Source of the DNA: Candidatus Aenigmatarchaeota archaeon
GTDB taxonomy: Archaea; Aenigmatarchaeota; Aenigmatarchaeia; QMZP01; QMZT01
Length of the DNA stretch: 64,000 nt
Direction: 5' to 3'
Assembly: GCA_041489155.1 (NCBI GenBank)
Contig: JBGPQP010000002.1
Coordinates: 54,449 to 118,448 of the forward strand
Below the pieces are notes generated by a model, which did no database searches, had not been told where the DNA came from, and worked only from the letters and a program-made list of their open reading frames with translations. Of the stretch, positions 48,970-61,500 are shown piece by piece (position 1 is the first letter of the stretch; every line of letters begins with the position of its first letter). The translations under genes and the position numbers were made by a program.

Positions 48970-51900
48970 CCTTACTTTTTGCCCAGAATCACTTTTCTCG
49001 TTTTTTCATAAGCTTCCTTGCTTATGAAACCTTTCTTGTAAGTTTCTTCCAAATCTTTCAGCAGCATTTCATTCCTTGACTTTGCTTCTTTCGGAACTTC
49101 TGGTTTCCTTTCCTTCGCTGCCGGTTTTTTGGGCGGTGCAGGCTCTTCCTCGGTCATTCTGGGCGGGGGCGCTGCCTTTCCGCCGCCTTTCATCTTGCTT
49201 TCTATTTCCCTGATTTTCGCAAGGTTGGCGTTCCTCATTTTCTCGTATTCTTCCTTGGAAATCGATTTGTTCTTGTACTCGTCCTCAAGGGTCTTGAGAA
49301 GCATTTCAATTTCCTCTTTCTGGGAATCAAGGCTGTAAGATTCAACCGTCGAAACTGGCTGCGCCGCCATGGTCGTCTGTATCGCAGACCTGAATGATTC
49401 GAGGTCGTCCTTGGTTATAAAGTAGGCGCTTTTAGTGCTGAGGTCGTTCAGGTTCTTCATTACCTCATTTAACAAATCCTCAACCCTTTCCTGTTTGGCG
49501 CGGTAGAGCATGAACTCCTCCATCCTCTTGCTGAGCTCGGCATAGATGCCCTGGATTTTGTCTCGCATCTTTGTGTTTACTCTCTGTATGTCGCCCATCT
49601 CCATCAGCTTCTCTGATGCATCGTTGCTTATGCTAAGCACGTGCTCGAGGCTGCCTATGTTGCGCAAAAGGGTTTCGATCCTCTTCAGCATTTCGCCGAA
49701 TTCCTTCGTAGTCTCCTCAAGCTTGCTCAGGCGGAGGCCGAGGTTGCCTATCTCCTTGTCCCTCCTTCCCATGTCCATAAGTATTTTATCGGGCTCTATC
49801 CTGCCCATCACGTCCATTACCTTTTCGAACTTTATTTCCTGCTCTTTCACCGATGCCTCCCTTCCGTAGACCATCGTCCTTATCTCGGCAACGCCTTCGG
49901 CGACGTGCTGTATCTTTTCCTCATCGATTCTTTTGCCTTCCTTCACAGCCTCGACCTGGGCCTTCATCTTGTCAATTTCTGCCTCGAATTTGGCAAAGCT
50001 GTTCTTCATCTCGAGCAGGTCTTTTTCAGTGACTTTCGTCCCTATGTCCTCTACCATTTCCTTTATCTTCTCTGCGAGATCGATTTCCAGTTTTTCTATG
50101 TCATCTTCGCTTATTCCTGCAACTGTTTTCTCTCCCTTCGCCTTGCCCCTTTTCTCCTTCTTCTCTTCAGGTTTTTCCTCTGCCTCTTCGGCTTCTTCTT
50201 CGAAGGTCGGTATGGCGACAGGAAGCCTCGGAAGCCTTGTGGGTGCCGGCGCCCTGATAGGCTCAATCGCTGCAACAGGTTGCCTCTTCGAGAGTGAATC
50301 TATCTTCCTGTTTATTTCCTGAAGCTTCTTCTCGTTCTTCTCCTTTATGTCGTTATAATCGTCCTCAAGAATCGCGGCCTCGCTGTAGGCGTCTTCAAGC
50401 GAGGAAAGCAGCGCCTCGATTTCCTCCTTCTGGTGCATAAGCTGCTCGAGGCTTTCCGCAGGAAGCGGTTCGGTTTTGGCGGCTTTACGAGAAGCTGGAG
50501 TCTTTTTTGTTACGCTCTTCCTTACCCTATCCTTTTTCACCCTTTTCCCCATAATAATTAATTAAGTGCAATAAAATAAATAGGAGTACTTCGTTCTCGT
50601 TTTATGCCTTGAGCCTTGCTTTAAGCGATTCTATGTAGCTTTCCGCCATCGAGAACTGGCCGGCCTTCATCTTGTCCTTAGCTAGGTTGACCTCTATCTC
50701 CATGTCTGTCGTGTCGATCTTCCTAGTCTTCAGCGCCTCTATCTGCTTGTCTATTTTTTCGATTTCCTGCTGGACTTTCACGTATTTCTCGATCTCCTCG
50801 TCGGTCAGCCTGCCCGTGTCGTGCAGCAGCGGGCGGAAGGAGATAAAGTATGGCTTGCCGTCGTTGTAGGCCGGGTTCTGGACGAGCGCCGTGCCTGTCG
50901 TCAGCTTCACGACTTTCGATGCGTAATCCATGCCGTACTTCGTCTTAACCCTGCCGATGTCGCCTTCGTACTTCGTCCTCAGCTGTAGCTCTGTCGCTAT
51001 GTTGGCGCGTATCGCTCCCCTGAAGTCCATGAGAACTTGAGATATCATGAACACACCGATGCCCCACTTTCTGAACTCTCTGCATGCGCGCTCAAGCGCT
51101 ATGTAACCGCCCTTGCCGCCGTACTTCGGAAGAAGGCGATGGACCTCGTCGTATATGAGCAGGAGCCTCAGCTCCTTCTCTTCTCCCAGCGCTGCCTTGA
51201 AGACTGACGTGACGGTCTTCCTGACAAAGTTGTCCAAATGCTCGGGCTCCAGCTTGTTCATGACGAACACTGTCATTTCGCCCGGTTTCCTGTACTTCTG
51301 CACGTCGACCTCCATGTTCGGATCGGTGACAAGCACGATGTTGACCTTGAATGCCATCGCTTCATCCGGCTTCATGCCGAACGCCGGGTACAGGTCGAAC
51401 ATCCTCTTGTCCTTGCACGCCTTCATGAAGCCCGTCCACTGGGCGGTCGGGTCGAACACTATTATCGGCATGCCGCGTTTCAGCAGCTCTTCGGCGCATA
51501 TCATCGCGGACACGGACTTGCCGGAGCCCGTCGCACCCGCGGCCAGCGAGTGCATCATCAGCGCCTTCGTATCTATGTAGGCTTTCACGTCTGTCTCCGC
51601 GATCTTGCCCACGGGTATGGTATCAGGCCCTGGCTTCGGCAGCTTGTTGAAGTCAAGCGGGAAAATGTATTTCCTCGCCTTCTTTTTCTTATCCCTCCAC
51701 ATCATGTAAAGCCTCCTGCCGAAGTAAACGCCAGGTATGGCGCCGAAGGCGATGGCGTATGTTATCCAGTGCATGAACACCGCGCGCAAAAGAGCTAGGG
51801 GCGCGGGCAAAACGAAGACATCGAAAGAATCGACTGCGTAAGCGGACTTCTTGCCGTACCAGTATGTAACGTTGACCTCTACGACATATCTGTCTTGCGG

Positions 51901-52542
51901 CGTATCCTCTGGGATGGCAATGGTCTTCGTGAAGCTCTTGACGTTCTCGACTGCGAGGGTCTCGCTGTTCCTCGTTATGACCCTTTCAGTCTCCAGCCCC
52001 TTTACCACATAGCTGACCACGATGTCCTCTATCTTCGCCGTCTGGCCCATGTTGAGCAGCGTGACCTCGAACTTCAGGCTGCCGCCTGGCTCTACCGTCT
52101 TGCTCAGCGTCTTCACGGTTACGTCAAGCAGCGGTTCCGGCGGAAGCTCGACCTTTATGGTCACAGGCGTAATGTGCGTTATGTTCTTGCTCCTGATCTT
52201 CGAAACTATGTCGCCTGTGTATATGCCCGCTTGGGTCGTCGGCAAGGCAAAAAGCTTGATCTTGAGAACGCCTGTCGACCTGCCCGGGACCGTCATTACA
52301 GGCTTTTCTATCTGCACAAGCTCCCATGCATTCCCCGTCACGCTGGTTTCGACTTCCACGCTCTCCCCGAGGTTGTTAAGCACATCTATTGAGTGTATTT
52401 CATGCTCGCCCGGACGAAGAGTGACAAATATAAGAGTGGACTTTATCTCGACGGGCACAGGCGGCACGCCCTGCTGGCCACCGGCTGCTCCGGCAGCTGC
52501 TCCTGCGCCTGCTCCTGCGCCTCCGGCTGCGCCGCCACCGCC
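43943..52542. repeat. 32-bp identical repeat at 43943-43974 and 52511-52542 (Gly/Ala linkers of both surface proteins)
   Basis: gctcctgcgcctccggctgcgccgccaccgcc appears in both genes and encodes GGGGAAGGAG. Confidence 0.85.
48972..50552 (-). CDS. Cytoplasmic coiled-coil protein (526 aa) with three SHOCT-like helical hairpins
   Basis: LEDAYSEAAILEDDY, LEDEYKNKSISKEEY and LEETYKKGFISKEAY. No TM helix. Confidence 0.82.
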   Translation of the reverse strand: MGKRVKKDRVRKSVTKKTPASRKAAKTEPLPAESLEQLMHQKEEIEALLSSLEDAYSEAAILEDDYNDIKEKNEKKLQEINRKIDSLSKRQPVAAIEPIRAPAPTRLPRLPVAIPTFEEEAEEAEEKPEEKKEKRGKAKGEKTVAGISEDDIEKLEIDLAEKIKEMVEDIGTKVTEKDLLEMKNSFAKFEAEIDKMKAQVEAVKEGKRIDEEKIQHVAEGVAEIRTMVYGREASVKEQEIKFEKVMDVMGRIEPDKILMDMGRRDKEIGNLGLRLSKLEETTKEFGEMLKRIETLLRNIGSLEHVLSISNDASEKLMEMGDIQRVNTKMRDKIQGIYAELSKRMEEFMLYRAKQERVEDLLNEVMKNLNDLSTKSAYFITKDDLESFRSAIQTTMAAQPVSTVESYSLDSQKEEIEMLLKTLEDEYKNKSISKEEYEKMRNANLAKIREIESKMKGGGKAAPPPRMTEEEPAPPKKPAAKERKPEVPKEAKSRNEMLLKDLEETYKKGFISKEAYEKTRKVILGKK

Positions 52543-55500
52543 AGGCGGCGTCGGAGGCTGCGGCGGCAACGCGCAGTCAGACGAGCATGTGGCAACGGAT
52601 TCGCCATATGTTGTTGAACACTGGCCATCCCCGCATATGTAATCTGCGATGGCGAAAAGGCCAGTAAGATTAGTGCTGTTAACCATTAGCGTGCTTGCCG
52701 TGGCATTCAGCACAGATGTCAGCCTTGTCCATCCCAACGAGCAGTTAAGAAGGTTGAATGAAGAACATTGATATACCCCTACGGTTGCGATGTTAACGAT
52801 ATCTGCAATATCAGAGTAGTTCAGCGTTATGGTGCCGAGCGAATATGTGAGCGAGTTGTTTATCATAATGTTCCTGTAGACGCCGGCGCCTCCTGTTGGA
52901 ACGACCTTCGAAACATTGCCGAACTGCACGGGATTGTGAACGTTCTGCAGAAGCGGAACCGAGGTTAATGAAAGAGCATTGTTCCAGAACTGAACGGTGA
53001 GGTCATATGTTCTGGCGTCTATGCTCTCGTTGTAGTAACCGCTCGTCTTGTTGTGGGTGAAGTTCAGCAGCAGATTGCCGATGTTGTCATAGAACCAGAA
53101 ACTCTGGTTCACGACAGGGTGGTCCGATCTCCATATGTCCGTCGCATAACCTGAGAACCATATGCCTATGAATATCTCGAAGCTCTTGGTGCTCGAGTTG
53201 CAGTTGCCTGTCTTGTCGCAGCCAGTCACGTTGACTGAATACATGCCGGTCTGTGAGGTGTTGGCGTAGTAATACCTGTAGACATACGTGTCCGCGTCTT
53301 TGTAGACAAAGGTCATGTTGCCGTAATTAGCGGTGCCGTTCGGGTCGTATACTACTATGCTCGCATTGTTGACTCCGCCCGGGTCAGTGACATTTGCATA
53401 GATGGTTGCAACCGTACCCGCCGGAACCCTTGGAGGCACTGATATCAGTATGCTTGGAGGCACCTCGTCCTTGTAGATGAAGGCCTTGTATTCGATGTCG
53501 TAATAGCTCAGGTTAAGGCTGGACGTTCTGGCGTAGATCACCGTCACGTTCAAATCGTATCCCTTCTGCAGCGCCAGGTCGGGGGCGCTGAAGTTGATGT
53601 GCCACAGGCCTTCTGTTGCGTTGTAACTTGCTGAAGTGAGGGTTACGTATGAGCGCATGGTGCTGTTAAACAGCGAGACGTTGAAGGTCACGTTGGCGCC
53701 AAGCGGTAATGTGCCGTATATGACGCTCATTATGACCTCAAGGTTGTCCGCAGGCGACACGTTAAGCTTCGGGCTCGTTTCCGTCGGCGAGGTTATGTTT
53801 ACGAAGTACGGATGGACTGTCATATTAAGGAGGGTTTCATGGTAACTTGGGTCGTAGCTCATGTTGTAGGTCCACAATATGCCATAATAGTTGGTTACCG
53901 ATGTTGTTACAGGGGCGCTGTAGTTTATGCTTATGTATTCCGTTTCGCCAACATCGAGCGAAAGATGGGTAGGCACAAAGGATATTCTGCTCCAGATGTC
54001 ACCGGTGAAAGCATAGACATCAACGCCTGCATAAACGTTGCCGTTGTTCCTGACTGTTATAGTTCCGAAGTTCCCGCTCGTTCCTTGTATAACATCCCTG
54101 GTGATGTTGTTCGGCTCCTGCGTCCATGAGATGTTCTCCGGGATGTTTACGTATATGTAGGCCCAGTCGCTCGTGCCATCGCCTGTCGCTACAAGCGTGC
54201 CGTTGTAATGACCTGCCGGGTATTCATCAGGAATTGAAAGCGTGATGTTTACGAATTCAGTGGTATTGTAGGCCAGCAACGAGATGTTTTGCGGTGTGAA
54301 ATAATTGGTGAAATTGTAGCATACTATTCCCGAGGTACAGTTGAAGGTGACGTTCGTAACATTGACGTTGCCCACTGAACTTATGTTAAAGGTGACGTTC
54401 CTTATCGAACCTGACATTATGACATTCTCGCCGGCTATGGGTATCCTGTTTTGCAGGTCAAGCAAGGGATTGGCTGTGATGTTGAATATTATCGAGGTCG
54501 TGTTGCTGCCGAGGTAGGACTGGTTGATATTAGTCCAGTTGGCAGTGAAATTGACGGCATATTCGCCGGGCAGGGTGAAGGCAGGGATGCTTACGATCGT
54601 GGAGTTCGATGATACATTAGTGCTGTAAAGCGTACCGAAATAGAAAAGTTCAGGGGCAGCTGCCCAGTTTTGCAGATAGCTGACATTGACCGTGACAGTG
54701 TAGGCCCTTGCATAGCCGATGTTGGTTATGTTAAAATCAACTGGTATCTGTGCTCCCTGATACAGAGTAATATTGGTGACATTGATGACTGTCATGTTGG
54801 GTTTCACATAAAGACTCGTGTTGCCGGCGACAGTGAGGTAAATGATTGAAGTACAGCCTGTTCTTGATGACGTGTCGTTGGCACATATCCTAAGTTCGTG
54901 GTTGCCGCTTATGTTTGAAGCGTAAGTGGTGTTGAAGAAGCTGCCGTTTCTGCTCATGGCCCCCATGTAATGATTCTCTGCCCTTACGGTGTAGTTTATC
55001 CAGGAAGTGTAAATAGTCGTTATAACCTGCCCGCCTGAGTTAAGTATCGTGACGTTCACCGTCTGGTTGCCAGGCAGGGTGAAATTCGCGCCTGCGACGA
55101 CGGCGTCGACGGTGAGGTTAGACATGGTCTGTATCTGCTGACCGACTGCGACCGGGAAACCGTTGACTGTTATGTTCACGTAAACGGTAGTTTCGTTCTG
55201 GTTTAAAATTGTGACGTTGAAATGCTCCATGGTACCTGTGTATGTTACCTCCTCTGTGTAATTGTACCCCGAGTCCTGGAAGTAGGGATGAGTTTCTTCA
55301 AATGTGTTGTAGTAATTAAACTGCCCCGGAACCTTAACGTCTATCCAGCCACTATTCACGCCGAAATTGTCTGTTATGGTCGCGTTGATGGTCGTGCTGC
55401 CGAATATCATCTCGAAGGCTGTCGGGTATACGCTGTAGCTGGTTATGTTCGGTGGCATGTCAGTGACGTTGAGCCACATCGTGATCGTCTGCTCGACCGG

Positions 55501-58500
55501 GTCGGCCGGCAGGGTGTCGTTCCTTATCGCCACCACGCCCTGATATAGGCCTTCGGGATATGACGAGGGGACAGTGTATGAAATGTTGATGGTCCTTGTC
55601 GAGAGAGGCAGCGACGCAAAGCTTTCAGGTGTAACAGTAAGCAAGGGTCCGGCTGCTTCCCTTCTTATCGTCATGAAGTATATCTCGACGTTGCCGTCGT
55701 TTACGACTTCAACCTGGCCTATCAGTTTGCTCGTGTTTGGCTGGGCTATGATGGTCGCAAATGACGGTGGCGTTCGGCTCCACGAGGAGTTCATAGGCAC
55801 GCTCAAGTTCATCAGATATATGTCCGACCCGCCGTTAGTGGAGTTCGCGGTTATGTACGTCCAGTATAGGCCAGGAGCCTTGCCTTTGGGTATGGTGACC
55901 CAGATGTCTGACGTGAAATTGTATCCTGCGGCCAGGTCTCCCTGATAGTCAGGAACGATATCAAGGGTGCAGTCGTAGCAGTCGTAGTCGAAGTTGCCGC
56001 CCTGGTTCCTGATGTATATGTTACTTACTCTGTCGTTGCCGCTCGAGTAAACAGTGATGTTGTCGATGTACGTCGTCTTATCATGCGGCGTCGTCCTGTT
56101 CATGCCTGTCTCAAGTATCTCTACGATGGGGTTGGAGGCGACGGTGACGTATGTGATATTTGTGTAAGAAGTATAAGTCTTGTCAGGCTCCATCCACGTA
56201 GCATTGCCGAATACGTTTATGCCGGTTGGCGGTGTGGCCGGCAGTATCGTAACCGCTACCGTCCAAATACACTCGGAAGAGACTGTCATGTTGCCGCAGA
56301 AGTGCGATGTTTCATTGTAAGAAACGTAGCCTGACGAATCGTCATATATGGTGAGGTTGACGTAGTATGCGTTGGGCGGACCAAGATTTGTGTAGTTGAT
56401 GGTGAGATTGAACTTGAAGTCGTTGGTTTGTGTTATGCCGCCAGCGTAGACTGTGACATTCTGCCTTACGCTTCCGGTCGCCTTGCCCCATACCGTGAAA
56501 TAATATACAGCAGACATGTTCACGTTGAATTCAGGGCCTGTGTCCTTCGCGAATATGGTGATGTTATACGTACCGTTGAGTTTGGGCACATAGGTAACCC
56601 TATACGTAGCGAAAGTTATATTGGACATTGTCCTGTTCTCATAGCTGCCGTTGGGAAGGCCTATGTAAGCCCATACGCTATCAATCTTGTAATCATCGGC
56701 CACAACAGCCGAGATATTTGTATAATTGAGATACGCTTCTATGCTGGCATTTGGCAGGACGGAAACATTCGTGATGTTCGGCGCGATTTCGTCCCTGACC
56801 CATATTATCGCGCTCGCGCTATCTATCCTTGCCGTATACTGTAGCGTGGAGTTGGGGCCTATGGAGCAGTTGAAAGTTACGTTGCCTTTGTCGAGCGGGG
56901 TCCAGCTTGCATTGGCCTGCCCGCTGGAGTTGGTCAGGTATGTGCCGTTGTAGACCCACTGCCCAGAGGTTGAATTCCAGAATGAAATGTTAACCGGATA
57001 GTTGGGGACGCCTGTGCCTGAAATGTAGTCAATTACCGTGCATATCCTCTGGAATTCGAACGGGTACCTAACGCTTGAAAGGTGCGGTGGATAGGTCCAG
57101 TAAACATCTGCCCAGCCTGTCATCTGGACTACGACGCTTTCGTTCTGCGAGTAATAATGCGCCAAGCTGGGCTGGGTTCTTGCGGTGAAGTTCCTGAAAC
57201 CCGGATCCTGCGTGGAGGAATCGAACATGGTCTGCTCGCCTGAAAGCGTGGTGTAAATGTTGTTGCCCGTGTCGTTGTACCAGTAAACCTCGATTGTCCC
57301 TATTACCCAATTCCAGTTCTCATCCCTTATGCTGGCGTTGAAAGGAATGAGCGCGCCTTTGCCGTATTGCGTTTCGCCGCTCTTTTTGCCGGGCGAGGTG
57401 ATGTTGGCAATGTAAACGCCCATGACCTCTATGATTGTGCTGTTTGTGCTTGAATTGTCGTTGTTCGTTTCCTTGGTGGCATTAATATATATCATATAGT
57501 AAGTAGGCATCAGCGTGTCTTCAGGATTCCATGAAACGGACTGGTTACACCAGCCTGAAGAGTTGGTCGTGCAGTTGCCTATGTAGCCTAGCGAGTTGTT
57601 GTAGAACCACACCGTGGCGTTTTCGGCACCTTCTCCTGCGAGATCGGCATCCCTTACATGGACTGTCACGTTGACCTCGTGCGGCGCATAAGAATCATTC
57701 CTGTATATCATGCCGTTTGATGGAATTCTCGCTATCTGGTCTATGACGAGGGGCCTTGTCAGGTCTATCTCGTGGGTTATGTTTTCCGTCGAAACGTTGT
57801 AATATCTGCTGGCGTTGCCTGTTATCGAGCAGGTGAGGTTGTACCAGCCCGGCGGCCTGTTCGTGCTGAAATAGAACGTCGCATTGCCCTCCTCTCCTGT
57901 TTCGTTGCTCGTAAGCTTCGACTCCTGATAAGTGCCGTTGATGTAGAAGCTGACGTTGTAGTAGTAAAGGTTTTCATATGTGTTGGTGTCCCTCACGTGG
58001 CATTTTATGGTCTTGGTGGTGCCGGCGATGTAGACTGTTCCGTTGGATGGGCTCATATCATTGGGTTCTGCCCAGCCGAATACGTAAACATCGGTCGAGT
58101 TGGTGTTGTTGTCATAGTATATCCTGCTGGTGTTCGCCCTTATTACGTCCGGGCCAAGCGAGTAATTGAAGGGAATGAACCATGTAGTGTTGTATCCGGA
58201 CGCTAGCGCATTCCAGCTCTCGTTGTACCAGGTTACGTTGGAATCGTTAAGGTAAAGACTGCATTCGTCATTCACGGTTGCGTTCAAAACCACGGTCGTA
58301 TTCCTGTTGAGTATTACGTATGAGCCGGGGTTAACGATGGATACGTAAAGCTGGCCGATTACTTGAAGCGTGGTATTGGTGGAGTTCTCATACTCGTAGC
58401 AGGTATCGTTAGTCGCGCCTTTCCAATACTGTACGCCTACCAACGATGTGGAGCAGTTGGGGTCGTAATTTACCTGGCAGTGGCCGCTGCTGGTGTTGCA

Positions 58501-61500
58501 AAACCTTACATTCGTGTAGTTCTGGCCGTTGTCTGTTATCCATATCAGACCGGAAACGCCTGTCGGGTAATAGCTACCATTCGGGTTCATGTAACTCATG
58601 TCGTCGTCCCTTATCCTGAACTTGAGCAGGGCGCTGGCGCTGCTGTTCCTTCTCACAGTTGTGTTGCTGACGGTTGTGTTGAGGGCAAGGGTGACGCTGT
58701 CCTCGGTTATGTTGAAATTTTGTGGGTTGGTCTGGGCAGTGAAGTTGTACGGGTCAGTAGTGTTAAACTTGTAATAATTAAGCCTTCCGGGCGCCTGCTG
58801 CGAATCGCTGCATGCGAATCTCTCATAGAAAGACAATGTTGTTCCAGACGAGCTTTTCGTCTGGGAATCTACATAGTTCCAACTCTGATTGTCAAAGCTC
58901 TTCCACAGCGTTATGTTATTGACGTCGGAATCAGCGTCGGCGAAATAGACGCTGAAGGTGTATCTGTAGCCCCATCCTTCAGACGCTGGGCTGACCGCTG
59001 GGCTGGTCAGGACAGGTGAGGTTCCAAGGTGGAACGCGTAACCCTCCATGGTCGAGTTAGAAGCGTAATAGCTCTTGGCCACGCTCATGGTAATGTTCCA
59101 TCTGACCCTGAGCTGGCCTGTCGAATCCCAGGTGCAGTTGTAGTAGCCGCCGCCTTCCTGCCAGTTGGATGTGCAGTAACGTGTCGGCGTTCCCGACTCG
59201 CCGACCAGCACGTATCTCGGCGGGGGATTGCCTACCGACACGCCTTGCACGCCTCCGTCGGCAAACCTGTACGAACAGTCGTCTTCGACGTAACCGCTTA
59301 CGTTAATGATGTCTCCCTGAAGGAAACCTTTCGCTCCGATCGGATTTCTTACATCCGGTCTGAGCTCGCCCCAGATGGTCAGGTTATATGTGCTCGAGTT
59401 TGCTGTTTTGTAACACGTGTCCGCGTAAAGGCCGCCTGTTCCTGCCACCCATTCTTGAACGCCGACCGTGTAGTTGCATTCGTGCATGGGCATCTCTCCG
59501 TCTTCGAGGAAGTTGTAATTTATGTGGCCGCTGCCGTTTATGTCTATGAACTTCCCAACGTCCCAGGAGTTCGGGTCAGAAGCGTTTCTGGTGACCCATA
59601 TAGTTGCGTTGCCAGAACCTGCATAGTCGTTGTTATCGCTGTCCTGAACTCTTACGCTTAAGAATGTATATTCGGTGCCATTCCTCCAGACGTTCGGGTT
59701 CGTATGGCCTGACTCCGGCGCGAATATCACATCGTCCTTCTCGACGCTGAAGTTCTTTTCAGATGTCGAATCCTGATAGTCGTGGGGGATGTCGGTGGCG
59801 TTGAACCTGAAGGTCCAGTTGCCTATGGTCGGGCAGCCTATGCCATAAAAGTCATCGCTAAGATTAAGTACGACTGTCTGGTTTACTGGCGCAATAAGCA
59901 GAACCTCGTCGTCAAGGTGCCAGTTCTGATATGTCGGGTCGCATGAACCAGTAGTTGCCTGCAGGCATTTCACGTAAAGCTGCAATGTCACATTGTCGAG
60001 ATCGTCGTCGTTTACCGTGACGCTGAAGCTCCTGTTCTCACCCCAACCAGCCGGTTCCTTTATAACCGAGTCATTGAAAATGCTCGGGAAGGTTTTTATG
60101 AAGAAATGATCCTCTAGCAGGCTCGAGTTGCTGTTGTAAAGTTCTCTTGAGGCATTGGTGGTCGTGTTGTACCATCTTGCCTTCATGTCGGTCGTGTTCC
60201 TCATGCACTCATAGAAGCCGTCGGAGATTATCCTGTAAACATTAGCGCAATTGTACGAGTTTCCGCCTTCGTTCACGAAGTAGATCGAAACGTTCGCATC
60301 GTTCACGTAATCTCCAGCGCAGTCGCTGTCCACGTAAACCTGCTGCGTGACATTTTCGCCTCTCAGGATTTCATCGCCTATGTTTGGCGAGGGCGGAAGA
60401 ATGTATATTATTTGTGGCACAAGAGTTCCGCGTATCGTGAGCTTAAGCTCTTCGCTAGTATTCAGTTTTTGGTAGCATTTATCGGTTGTCCCTGCCTTCC
60501 ATGAATGGTTGCCGATCGTGTAGAAGGGGTCACATTCCGGGTTGAAGGTCACGTTCGCGAGACCTGAAGAGTTTGTTTTTGTGAGGTTGCCCGCATCCCA
60601 GCTTGACGGATTGGAAGCATTGAGCGTGACCCAGAAAGTCACATTGACATTCGACGGCGCAGACTCGTTCCTGTCTGTGTCGTTGACGAAGACCATGAGA
60701 AGAGCTGAATGTTCAGGTTCTGTGTCTGACCTGTTGAGCAAAGAAAGGTTGCCATAGTGATACGTTATGCTAGCGCTGTCTGCAGTTATGTTGGGAGCGG
60801 AGACGTTTGTTGTGTTAAGTATGTTTGTGCCGTCGTATAATTCGAACATGAAGGTGTTCACGCTGTTGTTGCCTATGTCATCACAGTCGAAGTCATCCAC
60901 AATCAGCGAGCACTTGCTTCTGCCCCCTACTACCAGCGTCGAGTTCTTCAGTACCCACTTGTTGCCGTATTTGTTGGTCTTCACGAAGAGGCTGCATGTC
61001 ACGTTGTCCGTCTGCATATCCCAGACATCAACGCTGTAATTGAAAACCACACCCCACCCGTCCTCGCCCGGCGTCACGGACAGGTTGCCGTAGTCGGGTA
61101 TGGTGTTGTTGAGATAAATATGGTTCACAAGGACGGTACTGTTGCTGGTATAGTTCATCTTGGAGGTGTTAAGCTCGATTGTCCAGTTTCCTCCCTGATG
61201 CAGGAACGTGTTCCATGTGCAGTTGTAGTAGCCGTTGCCGTCATCGAAAACGTACTGCGTCGAGTTGCAATGTTCCCATACACCTGAAGGCGACCTGAGC
61301 CTTATGGTGGCGTTGGAAAGGCCTGTCTGCAGACCTTCGTTGCTGCAGTCCGTCGAAACGTTGAACCTTATGGTGACGTTGTTGCCTACTGGCACGACTG
61401 GCTGTCCGCTAGTCCAGTTCGGCTGCTGGATACTGTTCTTGAGCTGGCCATATACTAGCACCCTGCTGCCCCAGTAGAATAAATCATCATCATAGCAACT

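Noticed and set aside
37550..52542. CRISPR array or diversity-generating retroelement suggested by the direct repeats
   Set aside because: The repeats are in-frame two-copy coding duplications with no spacers, no adenine-specific mismatch pattern and no cas or reverse transcriptase gene in the window.
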